From: a virus
UHGV virus genome: UHGV-1374897
Strand: one strand, 5' to 3'
DNA length: 64,000 bases
The position numbers and the translations under genes are program-made. The notes under the pieces are model-generated. The model was not told the origin of the DNA. It did not search any database and saw nothing but the letters and a program-made list of their open reading frames with translations. This document shows positions 17,915-26,800 of this stretch, piece after piece (position 1 is the first letter of the stretch; every line of letters starts with the position of its first letter).

Positions 17915-19266
17915 GCGCACTTACTCCATTCCCGCCCCAAGAGGATTGCATCCATGATATGGTGGACGCGATTACCCGGCACGGCTATGTGATAAATAAA
18001 TCCTGCACGGGTACGGGGAAAACATTGGTTACTATCGAAACCGCGAAGGCTATGGGCAAGAGGCTTCTCGTCGTCTGCCCTGCCATCGTAGTGACCCAAT
18101 GGAAGCGAGCGATTGAACAGCAAGGAGCGGACGCGGTGGATGTCCTCTCATGGGAGAAGGTGCGCAGGGGAAGTACCTCCTACTACAAACGCCCTACAAA
18201 GGTTCCCAAGTCCCGGATAGTCTTCGGGGCTTGGACCCTTCCCGACGATTCCTTGCTGGTCCTTGATGAAAGCCACAAGGCCAAAACCTATGGTAGCCAA
18301 AGCAACATCATGGCATTAACTGCGGCTCATCAAAGGCTTCCAACGATTATGCTTTCTGCTACTCCTTTTATGTCTCCCCTCGATATGAGCGTTCCTGCAA
18401 CGTATGCCAAGTGGATTCAAGACCCTCGGCGCGGGTTCTGGCTCTGGGCACGCATGCACGGATGCACTGACAGCTTCTGGGGAGGTATCGAGTTTAAGCT
18501 CAACCCGCGCAATCATGCCATGATGGAGAGCCTGAAACAAAAGCTCTTCACTGCTGGCGTTATGACAGAGATTGACAAGGATAGACTTGACACATTCTTC
18601 CCGGAGAATAGAATCGAATATCTGTCCGTGGACGTAGACATGAAAGGTATGAGAGAGATTAAACAGTTGCAGAAAGCACTTGACAAGCTGGACAAATCAT
18701 GGGACCAGTCCATCGAACGGGCTAACGAGAAGGGAATCGAACTTCCCGCTATCGTTGAACTCCTTCGGCTTCGCCAGCAATCTGAATTGGCTAAGCTCCC
18801 CACGATGGCAGAGAAGGCAGTCGAACTTCTGGATAGTGGATATAGCGTCGCCATCTTCGTGTCTTTCCTCGACAGTCTCTCCACACTCTCGGAACTCATT
18901 AACAATAAATCGGGGAGAACAGTTCCCTACTCCGAGATTAGTGGAGCGGTGACTGGGAAGAACCGACAGGAAGAGGTGGACAAGTTCCAACGGAATGGAG
19001 TTCCTCTCGCTCTCGTGCAGATTAGTGCAGGAGGAACGGGTGTGTCTCTCCACGATACGGAGGGTGGCCACCCCCGCGCCGCGCTTATCTCGCCCGATTT
19101 TTCCCTCTCGTCACTCCTGCAAGCTCAAGGACGTATTGCCCGTCTCGGTGCAAAGTCACACACCTTGCAGTACATTGTGACCGCCTCCGGTACGGTGGAG
19201 GAACGAATCATACAATCACTCAACACAAAAGAAATTTGCTTTAACGCATTAACATCAAATGGCTAA
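17911..19266 (+). CDS. SF2 (DEAD/SNF2-like) helicase
   Basis: Walker A CTGTGKTLV, DExH box VLDESHKAK and motif VI QAQGRIARLG; its start overlaps the polymerase stop (ATGA). Confidence 0.75.
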   Translation: MSALTPFPPQEDCIHDMVDAITRHGYVINKSCTGTGKTLVTIETAKAMGKRLLVVCPAIVVTQWKRAIEQQGADAVDVLSWEKVRRGSTSYYKRPTKVPKSRIVFGAWTLPDDSLLVLDESHKAKTYGSQSNIMALTAAHQRLPTIMLSATPFMSPLDMSVPATYAKWIQDPRRGFWLWARMHGCTDSFWGGIEFKLNPRNHAMMESLKQKLFTAGVMTEIDKDRLDTFFPENRIEYLSVDVDMKGMREIKQLQKALDKLDKSWDQSIERANEKGIELPAIVELLRLRQQSELAKLPTMAEKAVELLDSGYSVAIFVSFLDSLSTLSELINNKSGRTVPYSEISGAVTGKNRQEEVDKFQRNGVPLALVQISAGGTGVSLHDTEGGHPRAALISPDFSLSSLLQAQGRIARLGAKSHTLQYIVTASGTVEERIIQSLNTKEICFNALTSNG

Positions 19267-20473
19267 TAACGAAACCAACACTCACAGCAAGTACAGTCCG
19301 AGTAAGATGGCATTGCTCGCTACCTGTCCCGGATATATGCCTCGCCCCATGACTAAAGAGGAAGAAGAGGATGACTTCTCCCCGGCGGCCATTGGGACCC
19401 GTGTTCACGCGGCCCTCGAAACCAAGAACCCAGAATCCCTTCTTACCAAGCATGAACACATCCTCTACACTGCGGCATCCAACATGGTGGATAGGCTCAT
19501 GTCCATCTTCGCAACCGAGGTACAAACGGACAAGGTAGAAGTACTCCCTGAACACAAGTTTGAAGGAATCGTCTTCAACCCAGACGACGAAGCACAAACC
19601 GGAACGGCTGACGTTCTTGTCCGGCATGGCGATACTTCCATGATTATCGACTACAAAATGGGGATGGTCCCTGTCTCTGACCCTGCCGAGAATACCCAGT
19701 TCATCTACTATGGTTTGCTGGAAATGGCAGAACGCCCTGAATGTAAGCGTATTATCCTTGCGGTGGTACAACCCAGCCAGACCGAAAGCATGAAGATTGC
19801 GGCGTTCTACCGTGATGGTAAGGGGCCGAAGTTCACTACCGACATGTCTGTCGTCCCTATGGATGAAGCTACCGCGAGGGAAAGCATGGGCGCAGTCATC
19901 GCCCGCCATTGCCGTGACGCGGAGAACCCCTATGCCTACTCATCCTCTCCGCACGTCTGCCCCTACTGTTCCCGTCTTGCCCAGTGCAAGAAGGTGACCA
20001 GCATGGCCCGTAACTTCTCGCTCAAAGTGTTGAAGGACAAGGACCTAGCCGAGGGGATGATTGATAACGTCGGTACGGCGATGGACAACCCGGAAACCCT
20101 TGGCTCCCTTCTTTCCTTTGCGAACATTATCGCGGAGGCCAACAAGGTGCATAAGGACTATGCCAAGACCCTCTTCGCTTGCGGCATTGATGTTCCCGGA
20201 TGGAAGTACGCACGGCGAGGCAATACCGTGAAGGTGGACAATGATGCCTTCCGTGCCTACGTCGAGCAGTACATTTCCCCAGAGGAAATTCTGGACAGCA
20301 TCTCCCGCCTTCCTGTGTCGAAGCTTCTTGACATGGTGGTAGATAAAAACAAAGTTGAAGGAGCCACCCGTGCCGAGATGAAGGAGGCCAAGGAATCGTT
20401 GCTCGAAGAGCTTCAAGAACTTGGAGTAGTGAAAGAAGTGACGAGCGCGATGGCTTTGCTCAAAATCAAATAA
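19259..20473 (+). CDS. Cas4/RecB-family PD-(D/E)xK exonuclease with Cys cluster
   Basis: GTADVLVRHGDTSMIIDYKMG (D...D/E-x-K core); C-terminal CPYCSRLAQC plus N-terminal CPGY, a plausible 4Cys Fe-S ligand set. Confidence 0.65.
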   Translation: MANNETNTHSKYSPSKMALLATCPGYMPRPMTKEEEEDDFSPAAIGTRVHAALETKNPESLLTKHEHILYTAASNMVDRLMSIFATEVQTDKVEVLPEHKFEGIVFNPDDEAQTGTADVLVRHGDTSMIIDYKMGMVPVSDPAENTQFIYYGLLEMAERPECKRIILAVVQPSQTESMKIAAFYRDGKGPKFTTDMSVVPMDEATARESMGAVIARHCRDAENPYAYSSSPHVCPYCSRLAQCKKVTSMARNFSLKVLKDKDLAEGMIDNVGTAMDNPETLGSLLSFANIIAEANKVHKDYAKTLFACGIDVPGWKYARRGNTVKVDNDAFRAYVEQYISPEEILDSISRLPVSKLLDMVVDKNKVEGATRAEMKEAKESLLEELQELGVVKEVTSAMALLKIK

Positions 20474-20478
20474 AGTTC

Positions 20479-20506
20479 TTGACAAAATCCTGAACTATGA
20501 TACATT
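20479..20506 (+). promoter_or_regulatory. sigma70-like promoter TTGACA-N16-TACATT, followed by a roughly 190-nt structured leader
   Basis: Consensus hexamers; the leader contains the IR TAAGTACTAAAGAGTTACTTA. Confidence 0.5.
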
Positions 20507-20694
20507 CAACCACGTACCCACGGGGAGTGGGGAACGGGCAACAAAGCCGACGACCGTGGAGATTCGAGTTCCGCGACGAAGAGGTACTCTCTTTCTAGCG
20601 TAGCGAATCGTTGAAGCGGTAATTATATAAGTACTAAAGAGTTACTTATATAAATCCCAAGCCCTCAACCCAAAACCAAGAATAAACGAATACT

Positions 20695-21462
20695 ATGGCT
20701 ACTAAGAAAACAGAACACGAAACCTTGGGAATGGACCCGGAAGACGCATTGGAACTGGGAACTCCCGAACCCAATCAACTCGCAACCGCTACGGAATACC
20801 ACTCCTTCGAGGGCGAGACCGACGCTTCGGACATCCAGATTCCCTACCTCAAACTGTGGCAAGCCTCTTGTGATGAAGCCAAATTGGAAGAACCGATTGG
20901 CAGTTTGGGCGCGTTCCTTCTCAATGGTCTGGTCGTTGCCGAGCGCAATAATCCTCTTGAATGTATCGTATTGAAGGCTCGTAAGTTCTTCCGCGAATAC
21001 ATCCCGTACAACGAACGTCAGCCCGGCGTTTACGCTAAGACGTGGAATACGAAGGAAGAGTATGAAGCAGAAGGATTCGACAAGTCGCAGGTCAACCGTG
21101 CCCTTGCCATGTGGCTACTGGTTAAGAAGCCGCAGGGTATTAAGGACGCAAGTACCACCGAGGATGACCTTGACGCTCTCTTCACCATTGACTTCATGGG
21201 CGACCAGTGGACGCTGGCACGATACACCCCGGAAGGTAACCAGTACACGGGCGTTGGTGCTCCCTTCATCCAGTTCATGATGTTGAAGGGTAGTAAGCTC
21301 GGCTCCCTGCCCTTCCGTGTGCAGATTGGTGCACAACGCGCCGTCTCCCGCGACGGGAAGAACAGCTACGCCAAAGCGTATCTCAAGTTCAAACCGCATC
21401 CTGTGGAAGGACAGGTTGAAGCCATCCAAGAGATGGGCCTCCTTTCCGCGGTAACCAAGTAA
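20695..21462 (+). CDS. hypothetical protein (255 aa); its position between the nuclease and the resolvase suggests a single-strand annealing or ssDNA-binding role
   Basis: ORF; no diagnostic motif; the function is inferred from synteny only. Confidence 0.5.
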   Translation: MATKKTEHETLGMDPEDALELGTPEPNQLATATEYHSFEGETDASDIQIPYLKLWQASCDEAKLEEPIGSLGAFLLNGLVVAERNNPLECIVLKARKFFREYIPYNERQPGVYAKTWNTKEEYEAEGFDKSQVNRALAMWLLVKKPQGIKDASTTEDDLDALFTIDFMGDQWTLARYTPEGNQYTGVGAPFIQFMMLKGSKLGSLPFRVQIGAQRAVSRDGKNSYAKAYLKFKPHPVEGQVEAIQEMGLLSAVTK

Positions 21463-21532
21463 CCCCCTCCCGGCTCTGACGGGTTTATCCCGTAGCACCG
21501 CATTGCGGGTAAAAAAGGAGCACGTTCCATTC

Positions 21533-21570
21533 GGCCATCATAGTACGCTATGGTGGCCGTCTTATTTTTG
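21533..21570 (+). terminator. rho-independent terminator (11-bp stem, TACG loop, T-tract)
   Basis: GGCCATCATAG-tacg-CTATGGTGGCC followed by gtcttatttttg. Confidence 0.6.
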
Positions 21571-21574
21571 TGCT

Positions 21575-21603
21575 TGACCTTCTGGACTTTGTGGGATATA
21601 TTC
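21575..21603 (+). promoter_or_regulatory. sigma70-like promoter TTGACC-N17-TATATT; the -10 ends 4 nt before the ATG (leaderless or near-leaderless)
   Basis: Consensus hexamers directly abutting the start codon at 21608. Confidence 0.45.
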
Positions 21604-21607
21604 TCCT

Positions 21608-22123
21608 ATGCAACTAGTAGGAGTTGACCCCGGAACCCACGGTGCCCTTGTACTCGCGGACACCCGGAGCAAGAAAATCTGGATAAAGCACATGCCAGAG
21701 GACGAAAGGGAACTGGAAATCATATTAAACAAACTGCCACGTAGCCGTCATCGTATCATGTACATTGAGAAGATGTCCTATGCCATGAGCGGGGGTGGCA
21801 AGGTGTCCAATCCGAGAAGTAGTGGCGTATTGGGAGAGGCAACCGGGAAGGTCCTCGGTTACGCCGCGGCGGCGGGGTACGCCGTCACAAAGGTTTCCCC
21901 AATCGTATGGATGAGGGCCGTGGGGGCGTATGATACGGGCCTGACCGCCCGTGACCGCACGAAGTGGAAGAACAACCTGAAACGCATCGCGATGGAGAAC
22001 TTCCCCGGCGCGAAGGTGACATTGCAGAACGCGGACGCTCTTCTCATTCTACTGTATGCGTACCGGGAACTGAACGACGACCACACACTGACCCTCGACA
22101 ACTGGGATATAGAAAGGATATAG
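21608..22123 (+). CDS. RuvC-like Holliday-junction resolvase
   Basis: N-terminal MQLVGVDPGTHGALVLAD matches the RuvC/RNase-H-fold hhGhDPG start; 171 aa. Confidence 0.7.
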   Translation: MQLVGVDPGTHGALVLADTRSKKIWIKHMPEDERELEIILNKLPRSRHRIMYIEKMSYAMSGGGKVSNPRSSGVLGEATGKVLGYAAAAGYAVTKVSPIVWMRAVGAYDTGLTARDRTKWKNNLKRIAMENFPGAKVTLQNADALLILLYAYRELNDDHTLTLDNWDIERI

Positions 22124-22124
22124 C

Positions 22125-23969
22125 ATGGCACGACACTTTACCCGCTACGGACGACAATGGGAGTACGGAGTTTCGGAATTGGACATCGAACTCTGGTGCT
22201 TCAAATACGCATGGCCCGAAGAGAAGGGAGGGCTGGGCAGGTATGGACACGCTAAGAACGCCATCAATCTCCTGTGGAATTACAAGGGCAGTCCTACTCC
22301 CATTATCTGGACACCGTGGATTGAACGGATGATTGAAACCGCGTGCAAATATGATGTGGTCATCATGGGTGGAGGCTCGTCCTCTGGGAAGTCATTATCT
22401 ATGGCTATCATGGCGACGCTCTTCTATCTGGCTGACCCGGTCGATACCCTTTGCCTAGTCACATCGACTACTATTGAAGGTGCGAAGAAACGTATCTTCA
22501 AGGATATTAAACGGTTGTGGCGCAAGGAATTTCCGGGTAAGCTCGTTGACGGTAAGGGACAGATTAAAGGCGTGAACGAGGACGGGGATATTGATGATTC
22601 CCGTGGCATCTCCATTATCCCCTGCGCGAACGTCGGCGACCCCAGTAGCCGATTTATCGGTATTAAGGCAAAGAACATGCACGTCTTTTACGACGAGCTT
22701 TCCGAATTGCCGATTGAACTCGTCGAGGTGTGGCGTACCAACCTCATCACCAACAGAGCGGACACGCCGCCTACCCTGATGGCCGCCTCTAACCCCAAGA
22801 GCCGCACCGATGCCTTTGGTGTTATGGCTATGCCCAAGGATGGGTGGAACAGCGTTGACATCTTTGAGGAATACGAGTGGGAGACCAAGGACGGGATTTA
22901 CATCCGCTTCGACAACACCCAGAACCCCCGCATCAAATATGGCCGCGAGGATTGGAGCTTCTACACCCCGTTGGACATCGTTCAGCAAACGATTGAACAG
23001 TACGGGGAGAATAGTCCGTTCGTGATGCGGTTCCACCGGGCCACCTTTTCAGATGATACGGAAGAAGGTTCACTAATGTCGGAGGCTGAAATTTACGGCA
23101 GTGGCGCGGATGCCATGCCTGTCTGGGGAGACGGCGAGTTGATTACCATCGCAGGATTGGACCCTGCCTACACCAACGGCGGCGACCAGTCCTGCCTTAA
23201 ACTCGCCAAAGTCGGACGAACGGTTGAAGGGCTTTGGGCGTGCGCGGTGTTCCGTACCTATCTGTTGAAGTCTACGTCCGACAAGGAACGGATGAAGCAA
23301 AGGAACTTCGACATCGCCCAGCAAGTTGGAGAGATTCTCCGGGCCAACGGGGTTGAGAGCAAGTACCTTGCCGTAGACGTAACCGGAGGTACTGGTTTCA
23401 TCGACATCCTCGCCCAGCATGTCGGCACGGACTTCCAGACGGTCAGCTTCGCGGGTATGGCGAGCAAGGTGCCCATTGGCCTGTTGCAGAATCAAGAGGC
23501 ATGTCAGCAATATAGCAACAAGGTCTCCGAGCTTTGGGGGTGCATGAAACTGGCAATCAATGCTCGCCAACTTTATGGCCTTGACCCGACAACTATCGTC
23601 GAGCTTAAATCCCGGCTCTACACCATGAATGGAACCCGAATTGCCGTGGAACCCAAGGCGGCCATGAAGAAGCGGATTCATAAATCCCCGGACAACGCGG
23701 ACGCACTAGCACTATTGGTGCACGTGTGCCGGGGAATCATGGGACCGGAGTTCGGTAAGATTAGGCTTGACATTCAGAACCATAAGGTGGTAGAACATCA
23801 AGAGGTAATCAAATATCGCGAAGACGGAACCGCATATATTGAAGCCGCAGACATTGGCAGGTACCTCGGAGGCTTCGTCGGAGGCAATGCCACCGCTCCT
23901 GCCTCCGCTCCTGCCCGCGACACCTTTGCCTCCGACGTAACCGCCGCAATGAACATGCTATGGACCTAA
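22125..23969 (+). CDS. terL: terminase large subunit
   Basis: Walker A VVIMGGGSSSGKSLSMAI, an ATPase coupling region, and a C-terminal nuclease-like region (LDPAYTNGGDQSCLKL); 614 aa. Confidence 0.8.
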   Translation: MARHFTRYGRQWEYGVSELDIELWCFKYAWPEEKGGLGRYGHAKNAINLLWNYKGSPTPIIWTPWIERMIETACKYDVVIMGGGSSSGKSLSMAIMATLFYLADPVDTLCLVTSTTIEGAKKRIFKDIKRLWRKEFPGKLVDGKGQIKGVNEDGDIDDSRGISIIPCANVGDPSSRFIGIKAKNMHVFYDELSELPIELVEVWRTNLITNRADTPPTLMAASNPKSRTDAFGVMAMPKDGWNSVDIFEEYEWETKDGIYIRFDNTQNPRIKYGREDWSFYTPLDIVQQTIEQYGENSPFVMRFHRATFSDDTEEGSLMSEAEIYGSGADAMPVWGDGELITIAGLDPAYTNGGDQSCLKLAKVGRTVEGLWACAVFRTYLLKSTSDKERMKQRNFDIAQQVGEILRANGVESKYLAVDVTGGTGFIDILAQHVGTDFQTVSFAGMASKVPIGLLQNQEACQQYSNKVSELWGCMKLAINARQLYGLDPTTIVELKSRLYTMNGTRIAVEPKAAMKKRIHKSPDNADALALLVHVCRGIMGPEFGKIRLDIQNHKVVEHQEVIKYREDGTAYIEAADIGRYLGGFVGGNATAPASAPARDTFASDVTAAMNMLWT

Positions 23970-24619
23970 GAGCCGCTGCAAAGATTTCTACACCCAAACC
24001 GATTTCCAACGAGAACACCGTTATAAGGAAGGCCATTGAGATGTACAAGGCCGGAACTCCCGTGCCCGTCATCTCGGAAGTTACTGGCCTTCCCCGTGAA
24101 CGTGTTGATAAGATTGTTGATAGCGTCCAACTCTCGAAGGAGGAACTGGCTATCCGCAATGAACTTCTCAATACGTACACGCAGAACACACAGGCACGCA
24201 TCCTCCAACGCCAAGAGGCGAGGACGAAGATAGAGCTTGACATCGTTGAATCCATGAGTAGTCAGTACAAAGAACTGATGAACAGTGGATTCTCCCGTGT
24301 CGCTTCCTTCATGGCCGACGCAGAGATACAATCAATTAAGGATGTACCTCTCTTCCTCTCTATCATGGAGCGAAGCCACGGCCTGTGGGAGAAGTTTAAC
24401 GAAGCGATTGCGAAGCGCGACATGGACCTACTGTCACAGGTTATCCAGCAGTTCGAACTGGAACAGACCGAGATAGTGACGCAGATGGGATTGCAGGGAG
24501 GACCAGTAACTCTGAACAAGGATGGCACTCGCCCTGAACTGGAAGAAGGAAGCGCGGCCCGTACCATCACCTTGAAGCTCAAGAAGAAGGGCGAAAAGCC
24601 CGAAGAAGACACTAAATAA
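23960..24619 (+). CDS. DNA-binding (HTH) protein, small-terminase candidate (219 aa)
   Basis: N-terminal HTH-like IRKAIEMYKAGTPVPVISEVTGLPRERVDKIV and a coiled-coil C-terminus; it overlaps the terL stop. Confidence 0.35.
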   Translation: MDLRAAAKISTPKPISNENTVIRKAIEMYKAGTPVPVISEVTGLPRERVDKIVDSVQLSKEELAIRNELLNTYTQNTQARILQRQEARTKIELDIVESMSSQYKELMNSGFSRVASFMADAEIQSIKDVPLFLSIMERSHGLWEKFNEAIAKRDMDLLSQVIQQFELEQTEIVTQMGLQGGPVTLNKDGTRPELEEGSAARTITLKLKKKGEKPEEDTK

Positions 24620-24621
24620 AC

Positions 24622-24649
24622 TTGACAAGATTCTTTTTTCTTCTATATT
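24622..24649 (+). promoter_or_regulatory. sigma70-like promoter TTGACA-N16-TATATT; the ATG is 6 nt downstream
   Basis: Consensus hexamers. Confidence 0.45.
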
Positions 24650-24655
24650 GAGGTC

Positions 24656-25420
24656 ATGTCCAAACCCGAAAACATTCAGGAAGTATTCCGTCGTTGGACC
24701 CCGGTAGCTCTCATGAACTTGCCGGAGGAAGTGAAGACCCCAGAAACGTTCCCCGATTATATGGGGACGGATGATGAACCGTTGCCTGTTGGTCATAGTC
24801 AGGGAATTCTGACGGTCATTGGGTACTCCCATGATGTCCGATACCCCTATGTCGTGCAATGTGCATGTGGGAATGTGGTCACGATGAACCGTCTGCAATT
24901 AACGCGCAAGCAATACCATTGTGGATGCCTGACCCAAATCATGCGCTCATCCTATCTTATCCGCTTGCGGGTAGAAGCTATGCGTTCATGGTGGCAACAG
25001 GTTCCTCTGTGGCTCGATGACCTTGACAAGCTTCGCGAACACGCGAAGAAGTACAAGAAGGCCGTCAAGAGAACGCGTAAGTACAACGCCAAACTCTCAC
25101 ATGTCGAGTACGCGGACGACCCGCTGACGTTTGACAGGGAGGTAGAGACCTCCGGTAGCCCTGACGGGGCAGACGCTTTCCTTTCCCTCATCGCACCGTC
25201 GGAGGAATATAGTCAGTTCCTACGCAGTATTGCCGAGAAGCTGACCAAGGAATATAAACCTTGGCCCGCAATCCCGATGGCGAATACAAGCGCGTATGCC
25301 AGTTACAAGAACGAACTGCCCGAATTTGACGCGGCTACCTTCATTAACTTCGTCAACTACCTTGCAGACGCACAAGAGAATGAAACCCTGAAACCCACCA
25401 CGGAGTATGGCCATAAGTGA
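24656..25420 (+). CDS. hypothetical protein with a CxC...CxC motif (254 aa)
   Basis: ORF; QCACGN...HCGCLTQ. Confidence 0.5.
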   Translation: MSKPENIQEVFRRWTPVALMNLPEEVKTPETFPDYMGTDDEPLPVGHSQGILTVIGYSHDVRYPYVVQCACGNVVTMNRLQLTRKQYHCGCLTQIMRSSYLIRLRVEAMRSWWQQVPLWLDDLDKLREHAKKYKKAVKRTRKYNAKLSHVEYADDPLTFDREVETSGSPDGADAFLSLIAPSEEYSQFLRSIAEKLTKEYKPWPAIPMANTSAYASYKNELPEFDAATFINFVNYLADAQENETLKPTTEYGHK

Positions 25421-25898
25421 GAATGCCGCCGTCTTCCATGAGGTAGCACAGGATAAGGAGGTGTGGGGAAAAGCATGGAGATACCGTGCCTACTACCTTG
25501 CGTGGGTGAACGGGAAGTCCGCGAGGCTTGCGCCTACACGTGGCGAGGTCATGCACCCCTACCCTGACCGGGCGAACCCTACACACGTGATGGCCTTTAA
25601 GGATGTTGACCCGGTGCATGGAGTGCGTCCTAAATACTTTCGGACAAAGATATTCTCGAATAGTACGGAAACCCCACTCATCAGACCCCTCACGCTAACT
25701 CCGGGCAGTCCTCGAAAGTACCCCTTCTTCTCCTATCTAATGTATGAGCCTCTCGTCGAATCCCAGCTCTACTTCCGCTGGTATCTCTTCCAGCAGTTGG
25801 TAACTGAATGGGCATTCAATATCCTGCCGCCTCAAGCGGACACATCCTTGGGCATACAGGCTGAACGCCGCGCCCTCAAAGCAACTAAAACAAAATAA
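25407..25898 (+). CDS. hypothetical protein (163 aa)
   Basis: ORF. Confidence 0.45.
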   Translation: MAISENAAVFHEVAQDKEVWGKAWRYRAYYLAWVNGKSARLAPTRGEVMHPYPDRANPTHVMAFKDVDPVHGVRPKYFRTKIFSNSTETPLIRPLTLTPGSPRKYPFFSYLMYEPLVESQLYFRWYLFQQLVTEWAFNILPPQADTSLGIQAERRALKATKTK

Positions 25899-25904
25899 AC
25901 GACA

Positions 25905-26795
25905 ATGGCTACAATAGCAATCCCTTGTGAACCTCGCGTCCTCATCAACGGCGCGAACATTGCACAGAACCTCATTGACAGCGTTGCGGCTTCCAGCCGT
26001 GGCGACCACGATGTTTGGCTCCTGCTCCCTTACCGGGCCAAGGCCGCCGCTGAACCCATGATTAAAATCTTGAAGAATCAGTTCCGGGACCTTCGCACGA
26101 TTGAGTTGCTGACCCCTGTCACGGATAATTACGCACTCGTTACTCATCTCTTCGCCCGACTGCAACAGGCTCTGGCTTACGAGAACGCGCCGGACGAACG
26201 AGCTATCATTTGGGTTTCCGAACGCGGCAATGAAAAGTTTAAGCCCGGCGCGATTGATACGCTGGATGCAACGTTCTATCGCAAGAAGGCTCCGGTTATT
26301 GCGGGCAAGTATTTTACGATTCCTGCCACCGAGAACTCTTATGAATCCCGCACCGTGGACGGAACCTTCGTCATGTCCAGCCAGCTGGCGAAACTCTATC
26401 CCCAGCGAGTTCCCTACGTCACCATCTCCCAGCATTTCCGTCTCTTCCTTGACAAGGTGCTGACCGAGAAGTGCTTCAACGTGGAGAACTGGGACGACCT
26501 CATCACCGTTGGTGAAATCCCTGACGCGGACAACTTTAAGCTTCCCCAAGTTCTTGGCGAAGTCACGGTGACGACCCCTGCCGAGGTATCTATCGCCAGC
26601 TTCAAAGCGGAATCTGTCAATATGATGGGACAGTCCGAGCAAGTCGGTGGAGCTACGAAGGCTCGCGAAGACTTAAGGAACGTTGAGGACTTGACACCGA
26701 GCGTGAAAGTTGCTACACCTTCTCCTGTGAAGTCCAAGACCAAGAAAGCCATGAAGGCTGACGCGGTTACGGGCGAAGAAGAAATAGACAAATAA
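25905..26795 (+). CDS. hypothetical protein (296 aa)
   Basis: Plus-strand ORF consistent with the operon direction; the antisense ORF 25737..26642 is Arg-rich and judged spurious. Confidence 0.5.
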   Translation: MATIAIPCEPRVLINGANIAQNLIDSVAASSRGDHDVWLLLPYRAKAAAEPMIKILKNQFRDLRTIELLTPVTDNYALVTHLFARLQQALAYENAPDERAIIWVSERGNEKFKPGAIDTLDATFYRKKAPVIAGKYFTIPATENSYESRTVDGTFVMSSQLAKLYPQRVPYVTISQHFRLFLDKVLTEKCFNVENWDDLITVGEIPDADNFKLPQVLGEVTVTTPAEVSIASFKAESVNMMGQSEQVGGATKAREDLRNVEDLTPSVKVATPSPVKSKTKKAMKADAVTGEEEIDK

Positions 26796-26800
26796 CTGAC

